Shown here piece after piece: positions 30,359 to 40,567 of a stretch of 64,000 nt of DNA. Both the position numbers and the translations under genes were made by a program. Each line of letters starts with the position of its first letter. The stretch's first letter is position 1. Origin of the DNA: Acidimicrobiia bacterium. Its GTDB lineage: Bacteria > Actinomycetota > Acidimicrobiia > Spongiisociales > ZC4RG35. A model generated the notes under the pieces. The model did no database searches, was not told where the DNA came from, and worked only from the letters and a program-made list of their open reading frames with translations. The DNA is taken from positions 99,185 to 163,184 of the forward strand of contig CBDBCY010000002.1 in assembly GCA_965203555.1 (NCBI GenBank), given 5' to 3'.

Positions 30359-31656
30359 CACAGCCCCGCTTTTCGGTTTTGTTGGTCGATGTGCCGCTGG
30401 TACACCTCCAGATCGATCACCGTTTCGGTGTACAGGTCTCCGATACCGGCGGCGATAGCCAAAGCCGCGTCTGATGGCGGACGGTTGGGTTTGGGTTTGC
30501 AGGGTGGTTTGGTGGTGAACTCGGCTAGGACCACGTTCTCCAAAGCGGCGGTGTGTTCGGGTAGCCGAACCACCCGTCCCATACCGCGGGGTGCCTGCTG
30601 GTGGGTGGCGACCAGCCGGCCACTGGCCGAGAACATGCTGATAGTGGGGTCACCGAGCCTCCATCGGACGGTGACCTGGGTTCCTATCACCCCTGGTGGC
30701 ACCGAGTATCGGTTACCGCGTACCGATACCAGCCCGTTGGATGTCACCCTGCGCTCCAAAGTCCCTTCTGCCGGGTAAGCCACCAGGGGCAGCTCGAGGA
30801 GAGGCTCGGTCTTGGCCAGCTCACCCACCGTGCTCTCACCCCGTGGGCGAAGATCGCCCACGGTCTGGCAGAATCTGTCCAGACTGTGCTGTGCTTCGGC
30901 GATGCTGGTCACCGCTGCGGTGCGCCACCACCGCTGAGAGACATAGTGGATGGCCTTTTCCACCACGCCTTTCCGTTGAGGACGGCGCGGTGGGCACGGG
31001 TCAACAACCACCCCATAATGTTTGGCTACCCCAACGAACGACGGCTGGATACGACCGGTGGCGGCGACCACGGTCGCCATCCGATCCACCCTCCACCGCC
31101 GCGGGGTACCCTCCAGTCGTCTCAACACCTGGTCAAGACCCTCCACCAAATGGGGTTGGTCCTGGCGGGACGTGATCCACGCCCGAAAAGCGCCCGAGTG
31201 CGACAGCACACCCACCAGCACATGAGCGGTGGCTCCCCACGGCGTGTCACGTAACTCCACCCAGTCCCACTGGCACTCCTCACCCGGTGGATGATCGATG
31301 ATCGCCGTGGCCCGGCCCCTGGTACCCGCACAGGCGCCACACAACGGCCGCAGGCCCCGAAGACGGACCTTCCGCACGAACGTCGGGTAGCTCTGCTCAT
31401 AGCCCAAAGCCACCACCTCGTCGAACAACGCCGACCCCCACACATGCGGATCATCAGACAACCGCTGCCGCACATACGCCTCGAACTCATCAAACAGATC
31501 CGCCCCCGCCCGGGCACGCTGACCGGGCACCCGATCGCCCGACAGATACGCTCGCACGGTACGGCGGCTCTTACCAACATGACGGGCGATAGCCGAGATC
31601 GACCACCCCCGCCTCCTCAAAGCATGAACTTCCACGCACTCCTCCAGTACCAACAT
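30358..31656 (-). CDS. istA: IS21 transposase IstA
   Basis: N-terminal HTH, PGEECQWDW, KGVVEK, GNRYSVP. Confidence 0.97.
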   Translation of the reverse strand: MLVLEECVEVHALRRRGWSISAIARHVGKSRRTVRAYLSGDRVPGQRARAGADLFDEFEAYVRQRLSDDPHVWGSALFDEVVALGYEQSYPTFVRKVRLRGLRPLCGACAGTRGRATAIIDHPPGEECQWDWVELRDTPWGATAHVLVGVLSHSGAFRAWITSRQDQPHLVEGLDQVLRRLEGTPRRWRVDRMATVVAATGRIQPSFVGVAKHYGVVVDPCPPRRPQRKGVVEKAIHYVSQRWWRTAAVTSIAEAQHSLDRFCQTVGDLRPRGESTVGELAKTEPLLELPLVAYPAEGTLERRVTSNGLVSVRGNRYSVPPGVIGTQVTVRWRLGDPTISMFSASGRLVATHQQAPRGMGRVVRLPEHTAALENVVLAEFTTKPPCKPKPNRPPSDAALAIAAGIGDLYTETVIDLEVYQRHIDQQNRKAGL

Positions 31657-32224
31657 AAAGGGCAGGGCTCCTCTCCACAGCTAGGAAATGTGACAATCCC
31701 TTAGCTTGGAGAGAGCCCTACCCAACAACGGGCATTTACCCCCAGGAGGTGGGAACTTTCAGTGATCGAGACTGGGAACTTTCAGTGATCGCCAACAAAG
31801 GCCAGGCTGTACGGTGGGTCTGGAATCATGTCAACATTGGTATCGTTGATGCCTCTATGCCTGAGAAAAAGCGGCGCCGACGGAATCGGGGGCAACGAAA
31901 CTCCTACAAGAGCAAGAGGTGGGAGGGGCGTGCGGGGCACATTGGCGGGAAGGGTAATGCGACGATGATCTGGGGTTCCGTCAGGGCACAGAAGCACCAG
32001 CAACCAACCGCTTCCTGGTACTCGTTGCTTGGTTCGGGTGCTGCTGGACGATCATAAGCCCTGGAATGTGAAGGCAGGGATGTGCTTCCACTAGGAGGCT
32101 GCTGATTTATTCGGGTTGGTGATGCTGGTGTTGGGGGGTGGGTTGTGGGATAATTCGGGGGATGTTGGGTAGTGAGCGTTTTGATCGGGATAGAGTTCCC
32201 CCGTTTTGGCGGACTGGTTTGGCC

Positions 32225-33223
32225 GAGGCGGTCCTGGTCGCCACGAAACGAACAACGCCTCATGCGGGGTCCCGGCCCGCCGCTCCGGTCCGGCATGTCA
32301 TACTCAACCGGCGCCCGGACACCGTAGCGGAAGCAGTCGAGACCGCCCGCGCCGTGACCCGCGCCGACCTGGCCATGTCCGCCGGGCTGCTCGCCGAGGG
32401 TGTCCTGCGACTGTCCCGCCACGAGGACCTGTCCGTCCCGATTGCCCGCCTGGCCGAACTGGGATTCCGCGGTCCCGTACACCGGGACATCACCGAGAAA
32501 GGCAAGGGGAAGCATCCTCGGGGGCCTTTCGATCTGGCCTTCCTCTCCGACCGTTCGGACCACACACGGGCGTCCTGGCCGATGCTGTGGTCCCACGATG
32601 GCCGCCTCGAGAGGGCGATGATCGTCGAGCCTGACTCCGAAGGACACCCGAGAGAGGGACAGAGAGACAGGGCGGTGCGGATGTGGAAAGGCTACGCCAA
32701 CCGCAACGGAGAGCGAATAGCCGGAGCGACACGCCTGCACATCAACACCGACTTCCGGCTGACCTCTCAGCCACTCGGTGCCTGCCTCACTCCCGTACCC
32801 GCCATAGGCGGCAGGGCATGGCCATCGTTCCAAGCCGCGGTCTGCGACGACGGCGAACAGGCCGCGCTGTGGGAAAAAACCCTGGCTCTGTGGATGAACT
32901 CCACCATCGGACTGGTCGGCAGGTGGTACATGTCCAACCGGCAACAAAGCGGCCGGGCCAACCTGACCGTCACGACCATAGGCAACATCCCCGTCGTCGA
33001 CTGCCGGGAACGATCCCCCGGGCAGTTCGAACAGGCCGGACAGGCTTTCGACACGCTGTCCGCCGCTACCCTCCTCCCGGCCAGCCACGCCCACCACGAC
33101 CCCACCCGCCAACAGGTCGACAGTGCCTTGTTGTGCGACGTTCTCGACCTGCCCGCCGAACTTCTCGACTCGCTGGCGACCCTGCGGGAACAATGGACAA
33201 ACGAGCCGTCGGTAAGAGGCTGA
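32225..33223 (+). pseudogene. C-terminal (target-recognition) part of a type IIG-like restriction-modification protein
   Basis: ALWMNSTIGL..RQQSGRA..IPVVD..LLPA..DPTRQQVDSAL; 5' part replaced by IS-end-like sequence. Confidence 0.6.
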
Positions 33224-33305
33224 CCAAAGGAGCACGGGTTTCGCATCTATAACCTTTATCATGAGTCGCATGTTTCGCCAGGCATACTGGAAGGGAACTA
33301 CTTAC

Positions 33306-33533
33306 ATGACGGGCTGGGAATCCTGCAAAGCGGTGGAACGCCACCCAGACATAGTGAGCGGCGCTTGGGTGTTCGAGGGCACCCGGGTGCCTATCCGTGC
33401 TTTGTTTGAGAACCTCAGAGACGGCGCTTCGTTGGAAGACTTCTTGGAGTGGTTTCCAGGGGTTGACGGTTGGAAGGCAGAGTCTGTTCTACGTCACGGG
33501 TTCGAGGCATTGCAAATAGCCGCTAGTTCGTGA
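33306..33533 (+). CDS. DUF433 antitoxin
   Basis: VSGAWVFEGTRVPIRALFENL..GASLEDFLEWFPGV. Confidence 0.9.
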   Translation: MTGWESCKAVERHPDIVSGAWVFEGTRVPIRALFENLRDGASLEDFLEWFPGVDGWKAESVLRHGFEALQIAASS

Positions 33534-33580
33534 AAGTCCTATTTGACCAAGGCACCCCCGCCCCCCTTCGCAGGTATCCC
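33530..33580 (+). pseudogene. Truncated DUF5615/PIN toxin
   Basis: GTG overlapping DUF433 stop reads MKVLFDQGTPAPLRRY, then homology ends. Confidence 0.75.
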
Positions 33581-33719
33581 GGCGGCATGTGTGACACGCT
33601 CCCGGAACCCCCTACAGCACCCCAGGTCAGAGGTGGTGGCAAACTGCCCACTGCGGGCAATCGGTGACTTATTTGAAATTTGTCAGCGATTGGGGAGCTG
33701 ACAGGCCGGTTTTGCCGAC

Positions 33720-33896
33720 TTCAACTTGATCTCAAAACGGCACGGCGGACGCACCAAACCAGCAGTCATAGCACGCATCCTGCAACGCCTCCTCGCCCTC
33801 ACCGCCGCAATCTGGCACAACCAAACCACCAACCGACCAGGACCAGCCCGCTCCCTCATCGCATACGACCACTAACCCCTTGGAACTAACCATCTA
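33720..33896 (+). mobile_element. IS982-like transposase 3' remnant with right end
   Basis: RHGGRT..ARILQRLLALTAAIWHN..RSLIAYDH* then ccccttggaactaaccatctag. Confidence 0.7.
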
Positions 33897-34063
33897 GTCC
33901 CCGGATCTGGCCCGGACCGGATACACCGGAAGAATGCCCCTATCGCACCGCCCTGCGGGGTAGCCGCTTCTTGAACCGGTCTCCGGTCGTTCTCGGACAG
34001 CGCGCCCATTTAGCCGACAGCACAGTAGAAGGCTTGCCGTCCGGGGCGTTGAAAGGTTCGCCT

Positions 34064-34882
34064 TCAGCGCTGTCTTCTCTGGTTGTGTTCCCGCCTCTGC
34101 CTGTCGAGTTCCCCGTCAGGGAAACTCTCCTTCCATACGGCAAGAGCCATCCTTATAGCATCGTCAACGACTCGGAACGCGTCATCGAAGGACACCGACG
34201 GTAGCTGGTCCTGCCAGACGAGGTACTGCCACTCCTTTTCTATTTCCCGCGTCCATTGCCGGTAGGTGCCCCGGATGTCGGCGGGGTGCGGGCGCCACCC
34301 GTATTGGCGGTCAGGATTGTCGGCATGCTCCGCATATATCGCCCATCCTTGATGTATGTCCACCCCCACCTCGATCATGCTCCAAAGGTCGTAATAATCC
34401 CGAGGCGCCCTTCTTCGAGAAAGGCAACTGAGCTTGTCAGCCATCACCGAGACCAATCCGTAGCAAAGTATGGGGGGCGCCTCGGGAACATCGGAATGGT
34501 TGGGAAGGATCGCCATGTATTGGAGAGGCACCCCATGCCTCGGGACAACAGTGGCATCAACCGCCATTTTGCCGCTGCACCCTCTGGAACTCCATTGGAT
34601 CAACAGCGTCGATCCTCCACGTCCGGGTGACAGGCCAAATTCGGCACCGCTGCTCTCCGCCGCCATATCAAGAGCGTCAACCATAGCCTTGACGAAGAAA
34701 TCCCATTGTCCCTCCCAGTCAAAGTCGAGGTCCTCCGAGAACCGAAAATAGGGCAGGGCGCAGACTCTGAGCATGGTCCCTCCCTTGAATGCCAGACGTG
34801 AGTCCCCTTGTTGGGCAAGGGCGGCCACAATGTGGTGCTGCAGGCGGTCTCGTTCCACTTGCTCTCGTTGCCGACCACTCAA
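34064..34882 (-). CDS. AbiEii/AbiGii nucleotidyltransferase toxin (type IV TA)
   Basis: FKGGTML, RFSEDLDF, ADKL..RRAPRDYYDL. Confidence 0.9.
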   Translation of the reverse strand: MSGRQREQVERDRLQHHIVAALAQQGDSRLAFKGGTMLRVCALPYFRFSEDLDFDWEGQWDFFVKAMVDALDMAAESSGAEFGLSPGRGGSTLLIQWSSRGCSGKMAVDATVVPRHGVPLQYMAILPNHSDVPEAPPILCYGLVSVMADKLSCLSRRRAPRDYYDLWSMIEVGVDIHQGWAIYAEHADNPDRQYGWRPHPADIRGTYRQWTREIEKEWQYLVWQDQLPSVSFDDAFRVVDDAIRMALAVWKESFPDGELDRQRREHNQRRQR

Positions 34883-35568
34883 TAGAGCAGGTCCTCCAAT
34901 ATCTGGTGGGGATGGTCTAGGCACCAGGTCACGCGGTACTTTTCGTCCAGGAAGGCAGGGGGAGTGTCGGGCTCGTCGTGAGGATATGCTCTAAGGCATA
35001 CCCATTCGGCATCCGAGGACGCGGGTGCCAAGTCCAGGAAATCCCGTCGCCAGTCCGGCAGGAACCCATCGGGTGCCGGGCGGAACACATCTCGGCAGTC
35101 ATCCATGGCCGCGGCGACCGACCCTAGGCGACGCAAGGATCCATTCAATCCCAGCGCCTCGGACACGCGCGTGACATTGTCCGAAGACACGGGCACCTGC
35201 CCGCAAAGAACGCGAGCGGCCATCAGCGCCGCGCCCGGAAGTCGGCATTCCGGAGCGAGGCTTTCCAGCAATGCTCGCTCCGGGCGGGATTTCAAGGTTG
35301 CACCGTCCCATGTGTCGGCAAAGAGAAACAGGGTGTCCTCCGACTCTTCGTGCGGTCTGACTCTGAGAGCATCGGCATCCTCGGCATCAACAGGTGGGCC
35401 GGAGACATGCAGGGCAAATCCCGACTTGATCGCCTCTCCCGTCATCGCCATTGCCGTGATGTGGCTGATCCGGTGTGGATCGGAGCCGAACAGTGGTTGC
35501 AGGCGGTCCTCGTAAGGCAGGAAGCATGCGGGATCAAAGAATTTCCGCGTAGGGATGACATCCATCAT
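34879..35568 (-). CDS. AbiEi-like antitoxin (divergent, no obvious N-terminal wHTH)
   Basis: ISHITA, PERALLE, LRRLG; stop overlaps AbiEii start. Confidence 0.6.
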   Translation of the reverse strand: MMDVIPTRKFFDPACFLPYEDRLQPLFGSDPHRISHITAMAMTGEAIKSGFALHVSGPPVDAEDADALRVRPHEESEDTLFLFADTWDGATLKSRPERALLESLAPECRLPGAALMAARVLCGQVPVSSDNVTRVSEALGLNGSLRRLGSVAAAMDDCRDVFRPAPDGFLPDWRRDFLDLAPASSDAEWVCLRAYPHDEPDTPPAFLDEKYRVTWCLDHPHQILEDLLY

Positions 35569-35584
35569 CAGATGGTTTTCATTC

Positions 35585-35741
35585 TAAGAACCAACCTCCA
35601 TCTCCTGAGTGTTGATATTCCGCCCGACATCACCGAAACCCGGCCAAAGGCACCCCGAAAGAGCTAAAAGGACCACATGATCGGGCCTAAATGGAACACA
35701 GGCCTGGTATGTGGAAACCCCAGACTTGTCGGACATGTGGG
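35585..35741 (+). mobile_element. IS 3'-end remnant (IS1634-like)
   Basis: Transposase-tail-like LHLLSVDIPP* followed by terminal-like tgtcggacatgtggg. Confidence 0.35.
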
Positions 35742-35768
35742 TGTGAATCCCCCCGGGTCTGTTGGCCT

Positions 35769-36055
35769 TTAGGAGGAGAGGTCGGTGGGGTATTCCCATC
35801 GTTTGAGTAGGTCAGGCCGCAGAATTGACGTTCTTAGGTTTTCGGTGAAGATCGCGATGACGCTGTCGACACCGGTGGCGGAGGGAGCTAGGACGGCCTG
35901 GAAGCGTTGCTCGTGCGCCGCTTCTCCGATCTCGTTTGTGAGTTGGTAGTCATCACGGATCAGGTCTTGTGTCTGAAGGCCGAGATTGCTGAGGATCGTA
36001 TCATCCGTCAGGTCCAGGACCCGGTTTAGATTGGCTTGGATTCTCCATACTTCAC
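35769..36055 (-). pseudogene. RES-domain toxin, 3' half
   Basis: VLDLTD..IGEAAHEQRFQAVLAPSA..IAIF. Confidence 0.8.
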
Positions 36056-36059
36056 GGGT

Positions 36060-36298
36060 GAATCGCACCGGCGTCGCCGCCATCAACCTGCGCAGGCTCA
36101 TCAACCTCGGACTGCACCCCACCAACACCGGATGGGCCACCAACCCCACCTAAAACCGGGGAACCCCACCAGAGAACAAGCAAACACTGGAGGACACCGG
36201 CCACCACCCCCAGAACCGGCGCGCCCACCGCTCCGCTCTTCGAGATCAAGCCCAGTGACCCACCACCACCCCAACACCAATACTCAGCAGCCTCCTAG
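36060..36298 (+). mobile_element. IS1182-like 3' remnant
   Basis: AAINLRRLINLGL* tail and end ctcagcagcctcctag. Confidence 0.55.
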
Positions 36299-36337
36299 GG
36301 TGCGTATGCTCGGCAGCAATGGCTACAATGAGCTTTT

Positions 36338-36682
36338 ATGGTGGTGAAACGTTCAGCTTCGTCTGTGTCCGATGCTATGAAAGAAGGCCTAATTCATAGG
36401 ATCAGGGAACGCAACAATCGGGTCTACCCTCCGGGCCGGGATTTGCGGGAAGATGTCGGAACGACACCGGATCCGTGGGTGTCTGTGCCGCATAAACAGA
36501 CGGGCGAACCTGTAGGTGTGAACTTGTTCACCGACACAATCGACGACATACTAGACAAGTGCGGATTCTCAGAAGACCAGAGAGAAACAGTATCTCGGTT
36601 TTACCGTTCCCATCTACTAGATCGTCTATCTAGCTGGGACATCGACGAAGTCCCCAACGGTATCCCCCTTTTAGCAGACTAG
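36338..36682 (+). CDS. Hypothetical protein, putative antitoxin; paralog of 28101..28457
   Basis: TIDDILDKCGFSEDQRE..RFY..IPLL. Confidence 0.6.
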   Translation: MVVKRSASSVSDAMKEGLIHRIRERNNRVYPPGRDLREDVGTTPDPWVSVPHKQTGEPVGVNLFTDTIDDILDKCGFSEDQRETVSRFYRSHLLDRLSSWDIDEVPNGIPLLAD

Positions 36683-37002
36683 CCTGATTGGCTGGCTTCG
36701 AGTCATTAGCCTTTGGTTGTGGCGTGCCTTGTTATTACCACCCATCCGACCCCATACTGAATGTTCTAACCGTGAAAGGCCCCGTGTTCTGGCCCGATCC
36801 TGACGATGTGTGGTTGGAGTTCAGTGATTCCGCTTCCAACTGGGGTGTCACAGAGGAGACGATACGTGCTGCGTTAGCAACAGACGTTTCGAAGTTGCTC
36901 ATACTCGAACCCAACCCTTCCCCTGATGCCGACAGCGAATACGGTACCTGTTTGACTTTGGCTGCTCTGGTCGTGGGACAAAACCACAAACTTGAGATAG
37001 GT

Positions 37003-38959
37003 CTGACCCGAATTTGGCGGGTGGTTTGGTGTTTTGCCTGGTCAGGGGGCATGCGTGTGGATGGTGTTTCCACTACATTCGGTGGTTTTGGACCCTTTTT
37101 AGGGTTGGGTGATGGTGGCTTTGTCCCAGGTGCGGGTATCGACTCCGATAGCGGCGAGGGTCCGGGTTTGGAGTGGGGTGCGTCGGGTGGTGAGTGTGAT
37201 CTGGTGCTTGTTTGCGGTCAGGTTCACCCGGCGGATACGGTTGAGCATCCTTAGTGCCCGGGCGGCGGTGAGGTGTTGGTGGTCGAGGTCGGGATCCCGT
37301 ACATCGGCTTGGGTGAGAGCGCGGGTGATGAGCGTTTCCATGAGGGCGGCGTAAACACAGACTGCCACGTGCCCGCGGACTCGTTGTTCGGTCCAGTGTC
37401 TTACCGGTCGTAGTCGTAGGAAGTCTTTGAGGACCCGGAACCTGTTTTCGACGTTTTGCAGTTGGTGGTAGGCGGCCACGACTTGGGTGGTGTCGGCTTG
37501 GGCGGGGGTGAGACTGGTGGTCAGCACGTAGCGACCCGCCAACAGCTTTTCGTAGGCATGGTTGTCTTCGTTGTAGTGGTAGAGAAAACGCCCCGGGCCG
37601 ATCTCCAGATCGAACAACCGGGCGACCCGCCCTGTGCCGAGGATTCTTTGGGCGGCTCTGCCGATCTTGGCGGGGTCTTTGACCCCACCCGCGCGGACGC
37701 GGCGTTCCAACGCCAACAGCCGGGTTTCGGCTGTTTGGATGATCTGGGCGGTGCGTTGGGTGTCCCGCCGAGCACGGGCGTCGGACTCGACCACGACGGT
37801 GCGGGTACCGTCTGCGAGGGTGATATCTGTGGCCCTGTTGCCGGGTTGGGGCAGATCGACCCATACCGTGTCCCGGTCGACAGCGGCCAGCGCTTGGGAG
37901 GTGATCCGGTCGCGGCGTAGCCTGGTGGCCAACAGGTGATCGTACCCGGCTTGGGCGACTGTTTCCAGGTTGGCGCCCGATATGAGACCCCGGTCCGCTA
38001 CTACACAGATCCGGCCCACCGCGAACCGTTTGGCCAGATCACCCAACACCTCTGATAGGGTGGACGCGTCGTTGGTGTTACCCGCGAACACATGATGGGC
38101 TATCGGGATCCCATCGGTGGTGCACAACAGACCGATCACTATCTGGGGTCGGTCCGGACGATGATCCCGCGAATATCCGAACACTCGAGACGGAAAACGC
38201 TGGGATGGTCGGGTGGAACCTTCGAAATAGGTGGACGTCAGGTCATAGCACACCAGCCGCAGGTTGAGGTTGGTCAAATCACATAACCGTCGATAAAGAT
38301 GCTCCTCGGTCTCTGATTTGACATCGGCTACGGCGTCCAGGGCCCGGTAGTACTGGTCAAGCGACGGCGCCGACCACCCGGCCGGCATGACCACGTCATC
38401 GGTTGTCCATTCGGGCAGGCGACGTTTGGAACAGGGATCCACCAGCCGGTTGGCCACTATCGCGAACACCGCATGCTCCAAAGCCCCAGCGCCTCGTCTT
38501 GTGCCTATTTGGGAGAAGAACCCGCCGAGACCCAGCTGGTCCCACACCGCTTCTGCGGCTGCTACGCCTCCTGCTGCCGGTGCCTGCTCGGCCGCTAACC
38601 CGTCGATATCGACGCGTTCTTTGTGCAGGTGGCGTTCCAACGCCGAAATGATGCGTCCCAGTTGTCCGGTATCGCGCAACGCGGTGACCTCTCCCAGGCG
38701 AAGAAGAGTCCGGTGACCGACTTTCGACCCTTTGCGTACCGATTCCACCAACGACAGGTACTCATACACCTTGTCGCCCCTCCGACGGCGGGTGGTCTTT
38801 ACGAACATATCCCACAATATTAGCAGACCGCACCCTATCCCACCAACACTATGTCGCCACTACATTAACCTACGGAACCAGTCCCTCACAACACAAAACC
38901 CCAGGTCAACACACCAATGACCGTCCACCCAACCCCCTGACCCGCCAAATTCCGGTCTG
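37003..38959 (-). mobile_element. IS1634-family insertion sequence
   Basis: 20-bp imperfect terminal IR ctgacccgaatttggcgggt / acccgccaaattccggtctg. Confidence 0.9.
37099..38811 (-). CDS. IS1634-family transposase
   Basis: YDLTSTYFEG, GYSRDHRPDRPQ, VADRG, VENRFRVLK..LRPVRH. Confidence 0.95.
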   Translation of the reverse strand, partial: DMFVKTTRRRRGDKVYEYLSLVESVRKGSKVGHRTLLRLGEVTALRDTGQLGRIISALERHLHKERVDIDGLAAEQAPAAGGVAAAEAVWDQLGLGGFFSQIGTRRGAGALEHAVFAIVANRLVDPCSKRRLPEWTTDDVVMPAGWSAPSLDQYYRALDAVADVKSETEEHLYRRLCDLTNLNLRLVCYDLTSTYFEGSTRPSQRFPSRVFGYSRDHRPDRPQIVIGLLCTTDGIPIAHHVFAGNTNDASTLSEVLGDLAKRFAVGRICVVADRGLISGANLETVAQAGYDHLLATRLRRDRITSQALAAVDRDTVWVDLPQPGNRATDITLADGTRTVVVESDARARRDTQRTAQIIQTAETRLLALERRVRAGGVKDPAKIGRAAQRILGTGRVARLFDLEIGPGRFLYHYNEDNHAYEKLLAGRYVLTTSLTPAQADTTQVVAAYHQLQNVENRFRVLKDFLRLRPVRHWTEQRVRGHVAVCVYAALMETLITRALTQADVRDPDLDHQHLTAARALRMLNRIRRVNLTANKHQITLTTRRTPLQTRTLAAIGVDTRTWDKATITQP

Positions 38960-39125
38960 AGACAGGACTTAAGCGTGGAGTGGCAGGAGTTCTGTGATGC
39001 TTTGGGTCTGGAAGTTCCTGGTTGCTTGGTCTTTCACGCCATGTACAAGCCGATTTGAAAGGGGAGCGGACACTTCTCACTTTCATGCAAGTCGGTCTGG
39101 TAGCTGCGCTCTAACTATTGTGCCC

Positions 39126-39509
39126 TCACGCGATGGTAGGGACATGCCCCTTTGCTTCTCCCCAGTCCATCCACGCTGCAGTTACATCATCCGTGGTCGG
39201 TTGCGTACCCCGGACGGGAGACTCTCCTGTTATGGAATCCAAGGCCACCACGAGTTTGGAGCGGCCTCTTTGCAACTCTCCCAGCATGTAAGGAATGGCA
39301 GGTTCGCCGAGCCCCAAAATCTGTTTGTATGCCCAGTGTCCATATATCTCGTCTGGGCAAGAGTGAATGAAGGTTTCTCTATCCCACACGTCGAACAGGT
39401 GGCGGAAGGTCATGCGTACCTCGACGGCATCGCTCGCAGGCTCTGGCTGTCTTCTCTTCGCTACAGAGCCGTGAGGTGCGGGTGCTGCTGGGGACACGGA
39501 CGATCTCAT
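39126..39509 (-). CDS. Conserved hypothetical protein (3'-truncated copy at 28995..29366)
   Basis: W.RET...H.AY.QI.GLG..AIP..L.EL...AL..ITG..P...AW..WG pattern; duplicated in the island. Confidence 0.7.
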   Translation of the reverse strand: MRSSVSPAAPAPHGSVAKRRQPEPASDAVEVRMTFRHLFDVWDRETFIHSCPDEIYGHWAYKQILGLGEPAIPYMLGELQRGRSKLVVALDSITGESPVRGTQPTTDDVTAAWMDWGEAKGHVPTIA

Positions 39510-39835
39510 AGTCTCGATTGTAAGTACCCGCCGCGTGTTCTGATAGGAGTTGCTCTCGCCTCTTTGACCTTCTCGTCGTCACAAGGGAGCCCCCAAATGT
39601 GGAGCCTCATGTAGAGCCGCAGGTGAGGGGTGGTGGTCCACAGGCCACCAAGGCCAGGCTGTACGGTGGGTCTGGAATCATGTCAACATTGGTATCGTTG
39701 ATGCCTCTATGCCTGAGAAAAAGCGGCGCCGACGGAATCGGGACGACGAAACTCCTACAGAGCAAGAGGTGGGAGGGGCGTGGGGGGCATAGAGGCGGGA
39801 AGGGTAATGCGACGATGATCTGGGGTCCCGTCTGT

Positions 39836-40100
39836 GTCATCACGGATCAGGTCTTGTGTCTGAAGGCCGAGATTGCTGAGGATCGTATCATCCGTCAGGT
39901 CCAGGACCGGCTGAAGCGCAGGGTAGGGTCGTGCAGAGATAGAGGACCGGAAAGCTATGAGGCGGGTTGTATCGACCTCCAAGGCGGCGGGCGCCCTCTC
40001 CGCTTTTGGGGCTACGCCCGGGAGCCTGGTGACGGTATCCTATAGCGTCGAGGGAGCGCTCACTAACTCGAGTGACGGATTTCGGATCAAACGAAGGCAC
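39836..40100 (-). pseudogene. RES-domain toxin, 5' half with internal deletion
   Basis: GYRH..SGEGARRLGGRYNPP..VLY; shares ~72 bp with 35949-36021. Confidence 0.85.
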
Positions 40101-40101
40101 C

Positions 40102-40437
40102 TCAGGTGGTGATGCCTTCAGCTAATGCCAGTAGAAGGTCGATGACCCGCTCATATTCCCCGCTTGCGACAAGGTCCAGCGGTTTCTTGTAGTCGAGATC
40201 TTGGTTAGGGGAACGCATCCAGAAGCGAGCGGCGTCGTCGTGCATAACGCTTCTCGCCAAGTCGACAACCGCCCGTAGCTCCAACAAGCGTTCTTCGGCC
40301 CGGCGACGCGGCTTGGTTTCCTGCGTTTGCCAGCGAATGACGCTTCGAGGATGAGTTGCGCTAACACGGGCAAGGTCAGCTGTGTCCACCACCGACCCCT
40401 CGTAGAGATGATTCAAGAGCAAAGCATGCGTGGCCAT
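40102..40437 (-). CDS. Xre/MbcA/ParS (DUF2384) antitoxin
   Basis: N-terminal HTH; ARFWMRSPNQDLDYKKPLDL..LAEG. Confidence 0.9.
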   Translation of the reverse strand: MATHALLLNHLYEGSVVDTADLARVSATHPRSVIRWQTQETKPRRRAEERLLELRAVVDLARSVMHDDAARFWMRSPNQDLDYKKPLDLVASGEYERVIDLLLALAEGITT

Positions 40438-40567
40438 TTTGCACTCGTCCTTCCAATGGCTAGTCTTATGTCGCGTCTATGGTATATTATATGTCAAGGG
40501 ATCGCTAAGGAGAGTCACTAACCCTGCATACGTACGCCATGCCGTTTTTTCCAGGTAAGAGGGCTTG

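Larger units (their letters stand above)
29511..31797 (-). mobile_element. IS21-family insertion sequence, complete
   Basis: TG...CA ends with internal repeats; 4-bp target duplication aagg (29507-29510, 31798-31801); empty site at 39650-39653. Confidence 0.95.
28995..31982. repeat. Duplicate of 39138-~39830, split by IS21 (28995-29510 and 31802-31982)
   Basis: First 516 bp nearly identical to 39138-39653; remainder more diverged. Confidence 0.92.
36772..39058 (+). pseudogene. BrnT-like toxin paralog interrupted by IS1634 (36772-37002 + 38960-39058)
   Basis: FWP..WGVTEETI..KLEIG joins in frame to RQDLSV..GCLVFHAMYKPI*. Confidence 0.65.

Noticed and set aside
32100-32220. IS3-like end (gagttcccccgttttggcggac) and similar IS-end-like sequence at 27600-27780
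   Set aside because: Too short to assign a family; noted only as island debris.
28995-39830. Duplications as DGR template/variable repeats
   Set aside because: No reverse transcriptase in the window and the differences are not adenine-specific.
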